From Patescibacteria group bacterium (GTDB lineage Bacteria; Patescibacteriota; Patescibacteriia; JAXHNJ01): a stretch of DNA of 64,000 nt. Both the position numbers and the translations under genes were made by a program. The stretch spans positions 13,824-77,823 of the forward strand of contig JBDRMK010000017.1 in NCBI GenBank assembly GCA_043812155.1, written 5' to 3'. Below, in pieces: positions 30,395-40,600 of this stretch; the stretch's first letter is position 1; every line of letters begins with the position of its first letter. Below the pieces are notes generated by a model. It had not been told where the DNA came from. It was given only the letters and a program-made list of their open reading frames with translations, and searched no databases.

Positions 30395-31468
30395 TCAACG
30401 TCTAAGCATCAGCTTTAAATTCTGCTTATCCACGGCATTGGCCAAGGCGTCATCAATCAGTATCTCGCCGGTCCTGACCAGTTCCACTAAAGAGCGGTCA
30501 AGGGAAATCATGCCCTCTTCCCGGGAGGTCTGCAAAATATTATTGATCTGATAGATCGCCCCTTCGCGGATGACCGAGCGGACTGGATCATTCGGGATCA
30601 TCACTTCCGCCACCGCGATCCGGCCCCCGCCCACCCGGGGCAGAAGACGCTGCGAGATCACTCCTTCAACCACACTGGCCAGCTGGGCCCGTATTTGCTC
30701 CTGCCTGTCTTCCGGAAAAAAAGAAATGATTTTTTCAAGGGTGCGCAAAACCGAATCCGTGTTCATGCTCGTAATGACCAGGCGGGAGGATTCGGCCGCG
30801 TTCAAAACGCTTTCCGCCACTTCCGGCGAATCCATTTCCGAAACATAGATCACGTCCACGTCCTCGTGCGAAGCGGTCCGCAAAGCCTGAGTAAAAGAGC
30901 GGGTGTCTCTTCCCACTTCCCGTTGCTCAATGATACTTTTATTGTTGGTAAAGACAAATTCAATGGGCTTCTCAATAGTAACGATATGCTCGGACCTGAC
31001 CTTATTAATGGTATTAATAAGGGCGGCCAGCGTGCCGGTCCGGCCGGAGCCAAAAGGACCGGTGATAACGACCAGGCCTTTTTCCAATTCCGCGAATTTT
31101 TCCACGACGCCGGGCAGGCCCAACTCTTTTATGGATTTAATTTGGGAAGAAATAAGCCTTAACGAAACGGACAGATTCCCTTTTTGGAAAAAAATGCTTA
31201 TTTTGAACCGGGCCTTATTGCCCATGGTATAAGCGAAAACGATCTCCTTTTCCTCGGCCAGGACTTTTTGCTGTTCTTTATCCAGGATAGAGGCGACAAA
31301 ATCATTTAAAAAATCCGTATTTAAAATCGGCTCTTTGGTGAGAGGGATCAGCTTGCCGTCCACCCGCAATATTGGCGGATTGCCCACGGAAAAATGAAAA
31401 TCCGAGGCTTTATACTCCGCCCCCGTAGCCAGTATTTTATCCAGGAAAATTTTTTCAGACGCCTGCAT
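30395..31468 (-). CDS. PilT-like ATPase with degenerate catalytic motifs (probable pseudo-ATPase)
   Basis: Compared with PilT motifs recalled from memory: Walker A GPFGSGRTGT (Lys replaced by Arg143), the Asp box DVDVIYVSEMDS replaces DPDIILVGEMRD, and the His box SRLVITSMNT replaces GHLVFGTLHT (both His lost). Confidence 0.75.
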   Translation of the reverse strand: MQASEKIFLDKILATGAEYKASDFHFSVGNPPILRVDGKLIPLTKEPILNTDFLNDFVASILDKEQQKVLAEEKEIVFAYTMGNKARFKISIFFQKGNLSVSLRLISSQIKSIKELGLPGVVEKFAELEKGLVVITGPFGSGRTGTLAALINTINKVRSEHIVTIEKPIEFVFTNNKSIIEQREVGRDTRSFTQALRTASHEDVDVIYVSEMDSPEVAESVLNAAESSRLVITSMNTDSVLRTLEKIISFFPEDRQEQIRAQLASVVEGVISQRLLPRVGGGRIAVAEVMIPNDPVRSVIREGAIYQINNILQTSREEGMISLDRSLVELVRTGEILIDDALANAVDKQNLKLMLRR

Positions 31469-31865
31469 GCTTTTTCTTTATTATATTTTTTACTTTATCG
31501 ATCACTTCCGAAGGCATAAAATGAGCCTTGATCAGATAATCTTTCGCCCCCAGAGCAAAGCCTTTTTCCACGTCTTTTTTCTGGCCTAAATTAGTCAGTA
31601 AAATCACCGGGATGTCTTTTGTTTTTTTGTCTTTCTTCATCTCTTTCAGCAGGTCAAAACCGCTCATTTTCGGCAAGATTATATCAAGCAGGATCAGATC
31701 AGGCGGCTGGTCCTGGATCATTTTTAAGCCTTGTTTGCCGTCCGAAGCCAGCAAGACCTCAAAATCCTCCATTTCCAGTTTTTTTACGTACATCCCGGAA
31801 AGAAAAGTGTCGTCCTCCACGAGCATAACCCTGGCTTTCCGGTCTTTTGGTTTATTCTCAGTCAT
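31455..31865 (-). CDS. Single-domain response regulator (receiver only)
   Basis: RVMLVEDD, LLDIILPKMSGFD and K in LGAKDYLIK. Confidence 0.8.
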   Translation of the reverse strand: MTENKPKDRKARVMLVEDDTFLSGMYVKKLEMEDFEVLLASDGKQGLKMIQDQPPDLILLDIILPKMSGFDLLKEMKKDKKTKDIPVILLTNLGQKKDVEKGFALGAKDYLIKAHFMPSEVIDKVKNIIKKKHAGV

Positions 31866-31900
31866 ATATTTAAATTAAGTGCTCTGCATTATTATTGTGT

Positions 31901-33670
31901 TTAAGCGCGGGTGGCGTCCCAAACCTCCTCGATCGTGGTCATGCCGCGCATCGCTTTCACTATCCCGTCCTGCCGCATATAAAAGTTGCCTTGTTTGACG
32001 AACTCGGCTCTCATTTTTTCCATCACATCGCCGCCGCTCAAGATTATTTTTTTCATGCTTTCATTGATCTCCAAAACTTCAACAATGGCGATCCTTCCTT
32101 TGTACCCTGTGTTCTCGCAGCGGACGCAGCCCTTGCCCATGAACATCTTTAAAGGCTTGGTCATTTTTATGTCATCCGGCAGATTTTCTTTAGGGATGTT
32201 CTCAATCTCCTTCCAGACATCGGCCTCTAGTACAGGGGGCAGGGTGTATTCTTTTTTGCAGTTCGGGCAGATGCGCCGCACCAAGCGCTGGGCCATGATC
32301 AGGTTTAGGGAAGAGGTAAGCAAAAAAGGCTCGATCTTCATATCCGTCAAGCGCGGCACCGCGCCTAAAGAATCATTGGTATGCAAAGTGGAAAGAACGA
32401 TATGGCCGGTCAAGGCGGCGTGCACCCCGAGCTCGGCGGTCTCGCCGTCTCTGATCTCGCCGACCATGATAATATCCGGATCCTGGCGCAATATGGAGCG
32501 CAAACCGGCGGCAAAGGTCAGACCGACCTCGGGGTTAACCTGGCTTTGATTGACGCCGCTGATATAATATTCCACCGGATCTTCCAAAGTGATAATATTG
32601 ACTGACTCTTTATTAAGAATATTTAATAAAGCGTAAAGAGTGGTGGATTTGCCGGAACCGGTCGGACCGGTAATGAGAAACATGCCGTGCGATTTTTTGA
32701 TGTTCTCTTCCATCACTTTCAAGGCCTGGCCCCAGAATCCCAGCTCGTCAAGACTCGTCATCGCCGTGCTGGTATCCAAAATACGCATCACAACTTTTTC
32801 GTTGTTGATCAAAGGCAGGGTGGAAACGCGGTAATCAATATCACGATTCTCATAGGTCATTTTAAAACGGCCGTCCTGCGGCACGCGGGTTTCATCGATT
32901 TTTAAATTGGAAAGGACCTTAATTCTGGCCACGATAGAAGGATGAACATGCTTGGGCAAGACCAGAGAAGTATGGAGGATGCCGTCAATGCGGTAGCGCA
33001 CCCGCGTTTCATTGCTGACCGGCTCAATATGGACGTCCGAGGCCTTGCCTTCCACGGCGTGTCGCAGAATGACAGAAACCATCTTGGAAACCGGCGCCGC
33101 CCTCACCACTTCCTCCAGGCCTTCTTCCGCCAAAGAAACTTCCTTGAATTCAGCCGCCTCGGCTTCGGTCCCTTTCAGGGCTTCTTCCACTTCGGCGGAC
33201 AAATTCTCGTACTGCCTCAGTATATACTTTAGAGCCGAGGCGGAAGTGATAAAATATTTGATCTTAAAATGATTTTTGCGGGCGATATATTCAATCGCTT
33301 CCAAAGCCCGGAAATTCGAGGGCTCGACCATGGCCACGCTCACTTCGTCACCCGCTTTGTTAAAAGCCGCCATCCGATAATTTTTAGCCAGCTCGGCCGG
33401 AACGATATTTAAAATCTCGGCCCGGACGATGCGGCCGAAAAGATCGATATAAGGCAGATTATAAACTTTTGATTTAAGACGGGAAAAATCCTCTTCCCGG
33501 ATTATCTTGTTTTCTTCGATAATTTTTTCCGTGGTCTTGTGCTTTTTGGCCGCTTCTTCTTTTATTTCCTCGTACTGGGTGCGGCTGATCATTTTTTCCT
33601 GCAAAATAAGCTCCAGGAGTTCGTCTTCGCCGGCTCCGGCCTCAAAAGTTTGGTTGTCGTTTCTCGGCAT
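31901..33670 (-). CDS. pilB: Type IV pilus assembly ATPase PilB (GspE family), canonical motifs
   Basis: Walker A ITGPTGSGKSTTLYA, Asp box DPDIIMVGEIRD, His box GHIVLSTLHTND, tetracysteine CPNC...CVRC. Confidence 0.92.
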   Translation of the reverse strand: MPRNDNQTFEAGAGEDELLELILQEKMISRTQYEEIKEEAAKKHKTTEKIIEENKIIREEDFSRLKSKVYNLPYIDLFGRIVRAEILNIVPAELAKNYRMAAFNKAGDEVSVAMVEPSNFRALEAIEYIARKNHFKIKYFITSASALKYILRQYENLSAEVEEALKGTEAEAAEFKEVSLAEEGLEEVVRAAPVSKMVSVILRHAVEGKASDVHIEPVSNETRVRYRIDGILHTSLVLPKHVHPSIVARIKVLSNLKIDETRVPQDGRFKMTYENRDIDYRVSTLPLINNEKVVMRILDTSTAMTSLDELGFWGQALKVMEENIKKSHGMFLITGPTGSGKSTTLYALLNILNKESVNIITLEDPVEYYISGVNQSQVNPEVGLTFAAGLRSILRQDPDIIMVGEIRDGETAELGVHAALTGHIVLSTLHTNDSLGAVPRLTDMKIEPFLLTSSLNLIMAQRLVRRICPNCKKEYTLPPVLEADVWKEIENIPKENLPDDIKMTKPLKMFMGKGCVRCENTGYKGRIAIVEVLEINESMKKIILSGGDVMEKMRAEFVKQGNFYMRQDGIVKAMRGMTTIEEVWDATRA

Positions 33671-33687
33671 ACGATAATAATTTTATA

Positions 33688-33978
33688 TCAACGGGTAAAA
33701 GGGTTATCCTTACCTTTGTTAATATTTTGAAAATTTAAAGGCAGTTTTTCTTCGCCATAGCCTTCCAAGCCTTGGTAGTCTTTCTGGGAAAACAAATTTT
33801 CGTCAAAACTGCTGATTACGGGTAATCTTTTTATATAACCTGTGTCCGACGGGGTGGCTGTGTTTCCGGCCGGCTTTAATACACTATAGACCAAATAACC
33901 GCCAAAAATAACAAAGACGCCGATAATAACGGTAAAAGTAATGATTTTTTTTATATCTCTTTTTCTTACTAAGGCCAT
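33688..33978 (-). CDS. Small membrane protein, PilP-like position
   Basis: 96 aa with one TM, at the end of the pilMNO block. Confidence 0.35.
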   Translation of the reverse strand: MALVRKRDIKKIITFTVIIGVFVIFGGYLVYSVLKPAGNTATPSDTGYIKRLPVISSFDENLFSQKDYQGLEGYGEEKLPLNFQNINKGKDNPFTR

Positions 33979-33984
33979 ATGGAA

Positions 33985-34671
33985 TTAAGGCGTCTGATTA
34001 TTAAAATAATAGGTGATTAAATTTATATTATATTCACTTATTTCTCCGGCGGAATCACTTTTCGAGGGCGAAAAAGACAATGATTTAATATCCATAATTC
34101 TCAGCTCTTTTTCTAAATTGACTAATAATTTTTTCATATCATCATATTTTGAGCTGCCGGAAAACACTAAAGAAATATTAAGCGCGTAAATATTTTGCGT
34201 AACCGGCAAATTTTCCTTGGCTTTAACATCAGTTCCGGCTGCCCCCCCTAGATTGGCGGAAACGGCGGCCTGATTCAACGCCGCCAAACTTTCGCCTTCT
34301 GCTATATCAATGGAATTAAGGTTAAAATCCGCGCTGGCCGCGACTTCTTCCATAATAATAAACAGATCCTCAACTCCCTTTTCTGAAGGAAGGCTTTGTT
34401 CTAATTTATCAATATCGCTTGAGTTTATGGCTTGAAATTTATCTAAGGAATTTTTCAAGCGGACAAGATAATTTTCCGCATCCTCCTTGTTCTTCACCTC
34501 TTTATTATAGTCAAAAATACCCGTTTCTCTGACTTCAACCCACTTCGGCTGAATAAGGAGTAAATAACCGATAACGAGAACGACGACGGCGAAAAAAATC
34601 GCGATATAGATGAAGAAACGGCCTAATATTTCCGTTAATTTCCCGCCGAATTTTTCTATATTAATGGCCAT
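33985..34671 (-). CDS. PilO-like inner-membrane pilus alignment protein
   Basis: N-terminal TM, then coiled-coil, then a C-terminal domain. Downstream of pilM and the pilN-like gene. Confidence 0.5.
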   Translation of the reverse strand: MAINIEKFGGKLTEILGRFFIYIAIFFAVVVLVIGYLLLIQPKWVEVRETGIFDYNKEVKNKEDAENYLVRLKNSLDKFQAINSSDIDKLEQSLPSEKGVEDLFIIMEEVAASADFNLNSIDIAEGESLAALNQAAVSANLGGAAGTDVKAKENLPVTQNIYALNISLVFSGSSKYDDMKKLLVNLEKELRIMDIKSLSFSPSKSDSAGEISEYNINLITYYFNNQTP

Positions 34672-34701
34672 GATATTAAAAACTAAGTTAGGAATTTTTT
34701 A

Positions 34702-36444
34702 TTAATTTTGATAATTTTCAAGACTTAAAGCCGCTAGGTCTTTTAGAATTGTCTCCGCCACATCCGTCTTCTGCCCCGAATATTCAATCGCATATAATGT
34801 ATTGGATTTTTGAAAAATCAGTAAATAAGACCCGGTTAGTATAAAACCAGTGGATTCAACATATTTAGCTCTATCACCAATATCATTAATATCTTTTTTA
34901 TCGTCATAATTCCAGCCCAATACAGACAAATATGCGCCACCAAAAAAATCATGGTTGCTCACATTATCATAAGCCAGTGTCGCCTGTTCATTTGAAGCAA
35001 AAGAAAATATGTGTTGTTCTATAGTCACAACGGTATTTTCATCTTTAAATTCAATTCGATAACCATCATTCGCTTTTGCGCCTTCCGTAAACGTAAGCCA
35101 ATAATCATCAAATTTTTCTGAATCTGTTAATTGAAGATTTGAATTAATAGTTTTTACTTGTGTTTCGGTTAAAGCTAATGGTGATATAAGACTGCTAACC
35201 GAAATGCTGGCATTTGTATTAATATTTTCGTTAACGCTTGTATTAATATTCACGGAATTATTAGTATTACTATTAACATTACTGTTTGCCTCAATACTGG
35301 TATTAGTATTCGTGGTTGAGCCGCTCTCAATTTCTTCCTCTGTTTTATAAAAAATATCCGGGACCAGATTTAAGCTCACGCCAAAGTCCACTTGGCTGCT
35401 TAAGAGCGCTCCTTCAGGCAAAGCAATGGAAAGCGAAGCTGTTTCTCTTTGCGCCGAAGTAATGGATACGCTCTGGATAAAATCAGGCGCGTTTTTAAAA
35501 ACCACTAATTGTTGAGAGACTGTTTCAAAATCCGGGGCCGTCGCCTTTAAACTAATGGTCCCGGTGGTGGAAGCGTTAAAAGCGCCGGTATAGTAAACGT
35601 CAGGCAGGGTGTACTTTTCGAGCTTCTCAAAAAATTTAGTCCAATAAATATGCGTGCCGAGCAAAGACTTGATATTATCTATCCTCTGCTTCAATTCAAT
35701 GGTCTTTTTTTGCTCCTCTTCCCGCTTTTTTATCTGATCTTCAACGGCCAGTCTTTCCTTTTTCGCGTTATCAGTTTTTTCCACCAGATTTTTTTGGTAA
35801 AAAAACAAAGCAAAATAAGAAAGAGCGACCAGCAGGGCGGCGCCTAAAACGATCAATGAAAGATTGATTATTTTTTTTCTTGGCTCTTCGCGGCTAACCA
35901 ACTCTTCGGGCAGTAAATTTACCAGAAAAGACTGGTCTTCTCTTTTGTCCGCTTTTTCTTTTTTCTCCTTCTTGGGATTTATGGCCGGCGGCGGTTCGGG
36001 AGGCGACAGAGGAGCTGGAGAAGGTGAAGACGGTTTTTCTATTAAATCCTTCTTAAAAATATCTTCCGTGTTTTCCTCTTTGGAAAACGGCGCGGCCGGC
36101 GGAGGAGGAGAAAACGGCTCATCTTCTTTTTCTTGAGGATCTTTTTCAAAAATGTCCTCAACATTCTCTTCTTTATGATAAGGAGTGACCGAAGAGGAAA
36201 ACGGAGTGGGGGTCGCCTTTTTTACGATTTTTTCCTCGACAATGCCCGGTTCTGACTCTATTTTCGGTTTTCGCGAAAAAAAAGATCTAAAAAACATAGA
36301 CAGGGAAGAAGGCGCCTTCGCTTCTCCGGGCGATTTTTCTTCCTTTGGCGGATGGGTTAAAGAAAAAGAAGTATTTTCATCTTTTTCTTTTTTCCTTTTC
36401 GGCTCCGGTCGCAGGGTATTTTTTATTAAATTAATATCAGGCAT
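34702..36444 (-). CDS. PilN-like protein with a long disordered Pro/Glu/Lys-rich N-terminus and an Asn-rich low-complexity insert
   Basis: 580 aa with a central TM (LIVLGAALLVALSYFALFFY), a PilN-like fimbrial assembly region and an Asn/Ser/Thr-rich tract (NSNVNSNTNNSVNINTSVNENINTN). Confidence 0.45.
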   Translation of the reverse strand: MPDINLIKNTLRPEPKRKKEKDENTSFSLTHPPKEEKSPGEAKAPSSLSMFFRSFFSRKPKIESEPGIVEEKIVKKATPTPFSSSVTPYHKEENVEDIFEKDPQEKEDEPFSPPPPAAPFSKEENTEDIFKKDLIEKPSSPSPAPLSPPEPPPAINPKKEKKEKADKREDQSFLVNLLPEELVSREEPRKKIINLSLIVLGAALLVALSYFALFFYQKNLVEKTDNAKKERLAVEDQIKKREEEQKKTIELKQRIDNIKSLLGTHIYWTKFFEKLEKYTLPDVYYTGAFNASTTGTISLKATAPDFETVSQQLVVFKNAPDFIQSVSITSAQRETASLSIALPEGALLSSQVDFGVSLNLVPDIFYKTEEEIESGSTTNTNTSIEANSNVNSNTNNSVNINTSVNENINTNASISVSSLISPLALTETQVKTINSNLQLTDSEKFDDYWLTFTEGAKANDGYRIEFKDENTVVTIEQHIFSFASNEQATLAYDNVSNHDFFGGAYLSVLGWNYDDKKDINDIGDRAKYVESTGFILTGSYLLIFQKSNTLYAIEYSGQKTDVAETILKDLAALSLENYQN

Positions 36445-36453
36445 AATATATTC

Positions 36454-37539
36454 TTAAACAACTTCTCTTAAAGCCAGGCCCGAGGCGACTGCGAAACGGG
36501 GGCCGATTTCCTCCAGGACCGGTTTTAATTCTTCGGGGTAAGCCACTCTCGCCCAGGGATCGCCGATAATTGTTTTAATCTGGAAAAAATTGGATATATA
36601 ATCGGTCAGCCCCGGCAAAAAAGACGAGCCGCCGGCCAGAACTATTTTCTCCACCGGCACATCCTCTACATTATGATAAAGATTGAAGCAATGCTTGACT
36701 TCATTGGTAATAGAGGAAATGACAAATTCAATGGTTTTAGGAATCTGGCTTTGAGGATTAGAACCGGCGGAAAGGCCAAAATCCCTTTTAAACTGTTCCG
36801 CTCGCGCTAAATCAATATTCAAAGCGTTGGCGATGGCCTTGGTTATCGTTTCCCCGCCCACGTCAATCCCGCGGTTTAAAATCGGCACCCCTTCATAAAT
36901 GATGCAGATATTGGTGGCTAAAGCGCCGATATCAATGATCATAACCGGGGAAGGATCGGCTCCGATCAACGAGCGTTCCAGGGCGAAAGCTTCCGTCTCC
37001 AGGCTCACGATCTGCAAGTTAAGGGCCTTAAAAATTTCAATATATCTTTTAACCAGATTCTTGGGGGCGGCAGTCAATAATATTTTCAGATTTTTTGCCA
37101 TTTCCTTTGACTTCATGGCCATTGTCGGTGTCGTGTCCCGTCTAGGGCCGGCTAATTCTTTCAATAACCGCCAGTCTAATACCATTTCATCCAAAGGCAT
37201 GGGCACGAATTTCTTCGCCTCCCAGCGGATAGCGGCATTCAGATCCTTGTTGGACATCGCCGGCAGGGAAATTATTGAGGAAAAAACCGTAAAAGAAGGC
37301 AGGGCGGCCACGACTTTCGTGGCGGTGGCCCGGCTTTTTTTGATCAATTCCTTTAAAAGCTTGACGGTGCGGGCCTGGGCGGCTTGCGAGTCCGCTTTGA
37401 TAATATCAGTCGGTTCTTCAATAAAACCATACGTAATAAGCCTTGGTTCGCCGCTCCCGCCGGATAATTCCACTAATTTAAGGGAGGAAGTGCCTAAATC
37501 CAGACCAAGATAGCTTTTTTTACCCCCAAAAAGGGCCAT
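36454..37539 (-). CDS. pilM: Type IV pilus assembly protein PilM (actin-like ATPase)
   Basis: SYLGLDLGTSSLKLVEL and IDIGALATNICI, an actin/HSP70 fold. Confidence 0.85.
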   Translation of the reverse strand: MALFGGKKSYLGLDLGTSSLKLVELSGGSGEPRLITYGFIEEPTDIIKADSQAAQARTVKLLKELIKKSRATATKVVAALPSFTVFSSIISLPAMSNKDLNAAIRWEAKKFVPMPLDEMVLDWRLLKELAGPRRDTTPTMAMKSKEMAKNLKILLTAAPKNLVKRYIEIFKALNLQIVSLETEAFALERSLIGADPSPVMIIDIGALATNICIIYEGVPILNRGIDVGGETITKAIANALNIDLARAEQFKRDFGLSAGSNPQSQIPKTIEFVISSITNEVKHCFNLYHNVEDVPVEKIVLAGGSSFLPGLTDYISNFFQIKTIIGDPWARVAYPEELKPVLEEIGPRFAVASGLALREVV

Positions 37540-37620
37540 ATCATGACTTAATTAATTTTTATATTCAATACTGACTTAACTCTTATATTATAACAGATTT
37601 TTTTGAATTTTACAAGGGCT

Positions 37621-40600
37621 TTACGGAGAAACCTCGCTAATTTTCGGCAAAGCCTGGCTTAGATCCCGGAATCCCGGCGGCGGATTGAGCTGAACCCGGC
37701 CGTCATATATAAATAGTTCAGAGGGTTCAGGCGAAGAAATGGTACCTTTATAACGCCGGCCAAAACCAAATTCTTTGGCGATCATTAAGCCATATGCGGT
37801 TAATTTTTTATCGGCGGAGCCCATGCTTTGGACAATGATTTTCTTTTCAGAATAGTAAGCGCCTACCAACGTATCGACTGAAGGGCCAATATAAATATTG
37901 CCTTTGACATAAAAAGCGAGCGAAGCCAGTTTTTTCAGATTATCCACGTTTGTTGCCTTATAATTTATATTGCTTTCTATTATTAAATCGCCGTCAACAA
38001 CGAACAACCCAGAACCGTCAACAAGACCATTTTTAAAGATAAGGCCGGAAGTCAAAGTTAAATCACCCGGATGAAAACCCGCATAATCATTTTTATCGCG
38101 AATGCATATTACTCTTCCGTTTAAATCAATGTCATTGCCGCCGAAATATCCCGGCCCGGTTGATAAACTCCCCGAATAAGTTTGCGAGCATTTCGAAATC
38201 ATATCATTATAATCAACCCGGCCGAGAATACTGTTTGGCGCGGTATTTACCGGCAAAGTGAATTTCCGGTAATTTTGCACCAGCCAGGGGTTGGCGCTTG
38301 ATTGGGGTAATAAAAAAGAAGGATTCAAACGAGTGCTTGCCGATCCTTGAGAGGAAGAGCAAAAATTGACGATCCGGCCGGTGTCGCCGGCTAAAATAAG
38401 ATAGGTGGCGTTGCAGGCGTTGCCTTCTTCTTTGTAGCCGGGCGCTTTTGCCATTTCCTGCGACCCGACGCCTTTTTGGCCATATATATCTCCGTACAAA
38501 GTTTGCAGCCAAGCGGCGCCCGCCAGGCTGACCCGAGACATATCAACCCAGCCGAAATCCTCCGACCAGGCGTAGCCGTAAAAATTTCCGGCGTTTATAT
38601 CCGCGGATACGCCGTAGGCGTCGCAGCTTTCGCATTTATTGCAGGAAATATAATTTATTATCTCGCAAGTACCGGCTCCGCAATCATTGCTGTTATAGCA
38701 AGGATTACTGGGAATATTTGAGCAATTTCCGCGTTTACAGATGCCCCCGTTGCAATCGCTATTCCCAAGGCAAGGCCGGTAACGGAAAAGTTCGGGAGAG
38801 CTTGAAGAGCAGTAGCCGCTTGGAATGCAATCTCCCTGACCAATGTCTTGACAATGATCTTTGAGCGGATCTTCATTCACCACGCAGACTTCCTCCGGCT
38901 TGCCTTCGCAACGTCCGTCACCGCACTGGTTGTTAGAGCCATCGCATACATTGCAGGCATAATTTTCGCCTGGCTTAGTCACATCAATATTCAAGCCATC
39001 GCAAATTTTGCAAGTCATAAAAGCGTTGACCGTGTCAGGATTAGATAAAGTGCAGGCGTTGCAATTATGATAAATGTATTGGTCAGTCGGATTATTAATC
39101 TCCGGCGGAGCGGGCGGATTAGCAGGGCTGAAGTTCTGGCCGCCCCTTAATTTCAGCCAGCCGGCGGCCGGGGCATCAGCAAAATCCTTGTTCTTATATT
39201 CACAATTTTCAGAGATGCAGAATCCAGTACCGCAATCAGCGCCAGATAAACAAGCCTTGCCCGCATATTCGCCCAAAATACAAAATTTGCATTCATCATT
39301 TTTATAACAAGCGGTATCTTGGTGCGAACTGCACTGGCCCAGTTTAAACCGGCCCCAGCCAGTCAAGGCGTAACTTTGATAATCAAAAAAGGCCATGGCG
39401 TTATCTTCGTAGTCGCCTGCGGAAATAGTTTTTCCGCAAGGCGTATTAAAACTATTAAAACCGGAATCCGGGCAAACATTGCTAATTTTAAATTGATAAG
39501 GGCAGGCGGGCGGCTCACCGGTTTCATCCCGGTTAAACGAAAGCCAGCCCGCGGAAAAACAGCTTTTTGGATTATTGGCGCATAAAGCGCAGTCATCATC
39601 ATCATCACAGGTCAATGAATTATTATTGGAGCATACGACGGAAAAACACGTGGCGTCACTGCGTTCATTCGGATCAGTTACTCCAAGCCAGGCCTGGCCG
39701 GAAAGAGCGCCGACATCCTTATCCTGAAAACTGGGAGCCGGATCCCGGGCAACGCATGAATTTTGAGTATCCGCGGTTTCAGTTTCCTTCTTTAAATCAA
39801 CGCCATAAGAAAAAGTATTGCTCTCGCAAGAACCATTATTAAGGCAATTAAAGCTTATCCAGCCCATCGGCGCCTGGCGGGGGGTGCCATCGGCGCAAGT
39901 TTTTGTCAACAGGTTCGTCTGGCAGCTACCGCCGATATCAACGCAAAAATTATCGCAGTTATCGCCGCCCACATAAGCGTAACCGGCCGCATTGCCCGGC
40001 GAAAGTTTTAAGGCGACATTATCGCTGAGCTGGCCGGCGGTCGCCGATTGAAAATATCCGGCTGACCAGGTATGGGTCAGATCAAGGGAACTCATCCCAT
40101 ATAGGCGGCCGTTCTCCAGTTTGGGAACCGACTGGCGCGACCAATGCGAAGGATTATTATTCGCGTTCGCCGAAAAAATGGTCATGCCTTTGTCGCCGGA
40201 AAACCAGATATAAGGGGTGCCATTATCCAAACCGCCGGAAACAGCGTACATTTTTGTTTCCGGCTCGCTTGCCGGACGATAGGTGTCCCTTTGATTCCAG
40301 CTGCTGCCGTCATAATATAAATATTTTCGGCTGGAGATAGGGATATAGCCTTTGCCATCGCTGGTAAAAAAAACATCATAAAAATCCATGATGCAGTCGT
40401 TTTTCCAGGTTTTATTGGCCGTAACGGTTTCACAGGCCCACTCGCTGTTACCGGCGCAGAAACCGGAAGGCTGGCAAGGGCCATAATCTATGGGTGAAAA
40501 ACTCGTCTTTGCCCATGATATGCCTGATTTATTATAAATAATGGAATTCCCGCCCACGGCCCAACCGGTAGAATTATCGATCATATGCAGAGCCAAAAAA

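Noticed and set aside
36899-37513. 204-aa plus-strand ORF inside pilM
   Set aside because: Antisense to the PilM gene, whose actin-fold motifs are clear.
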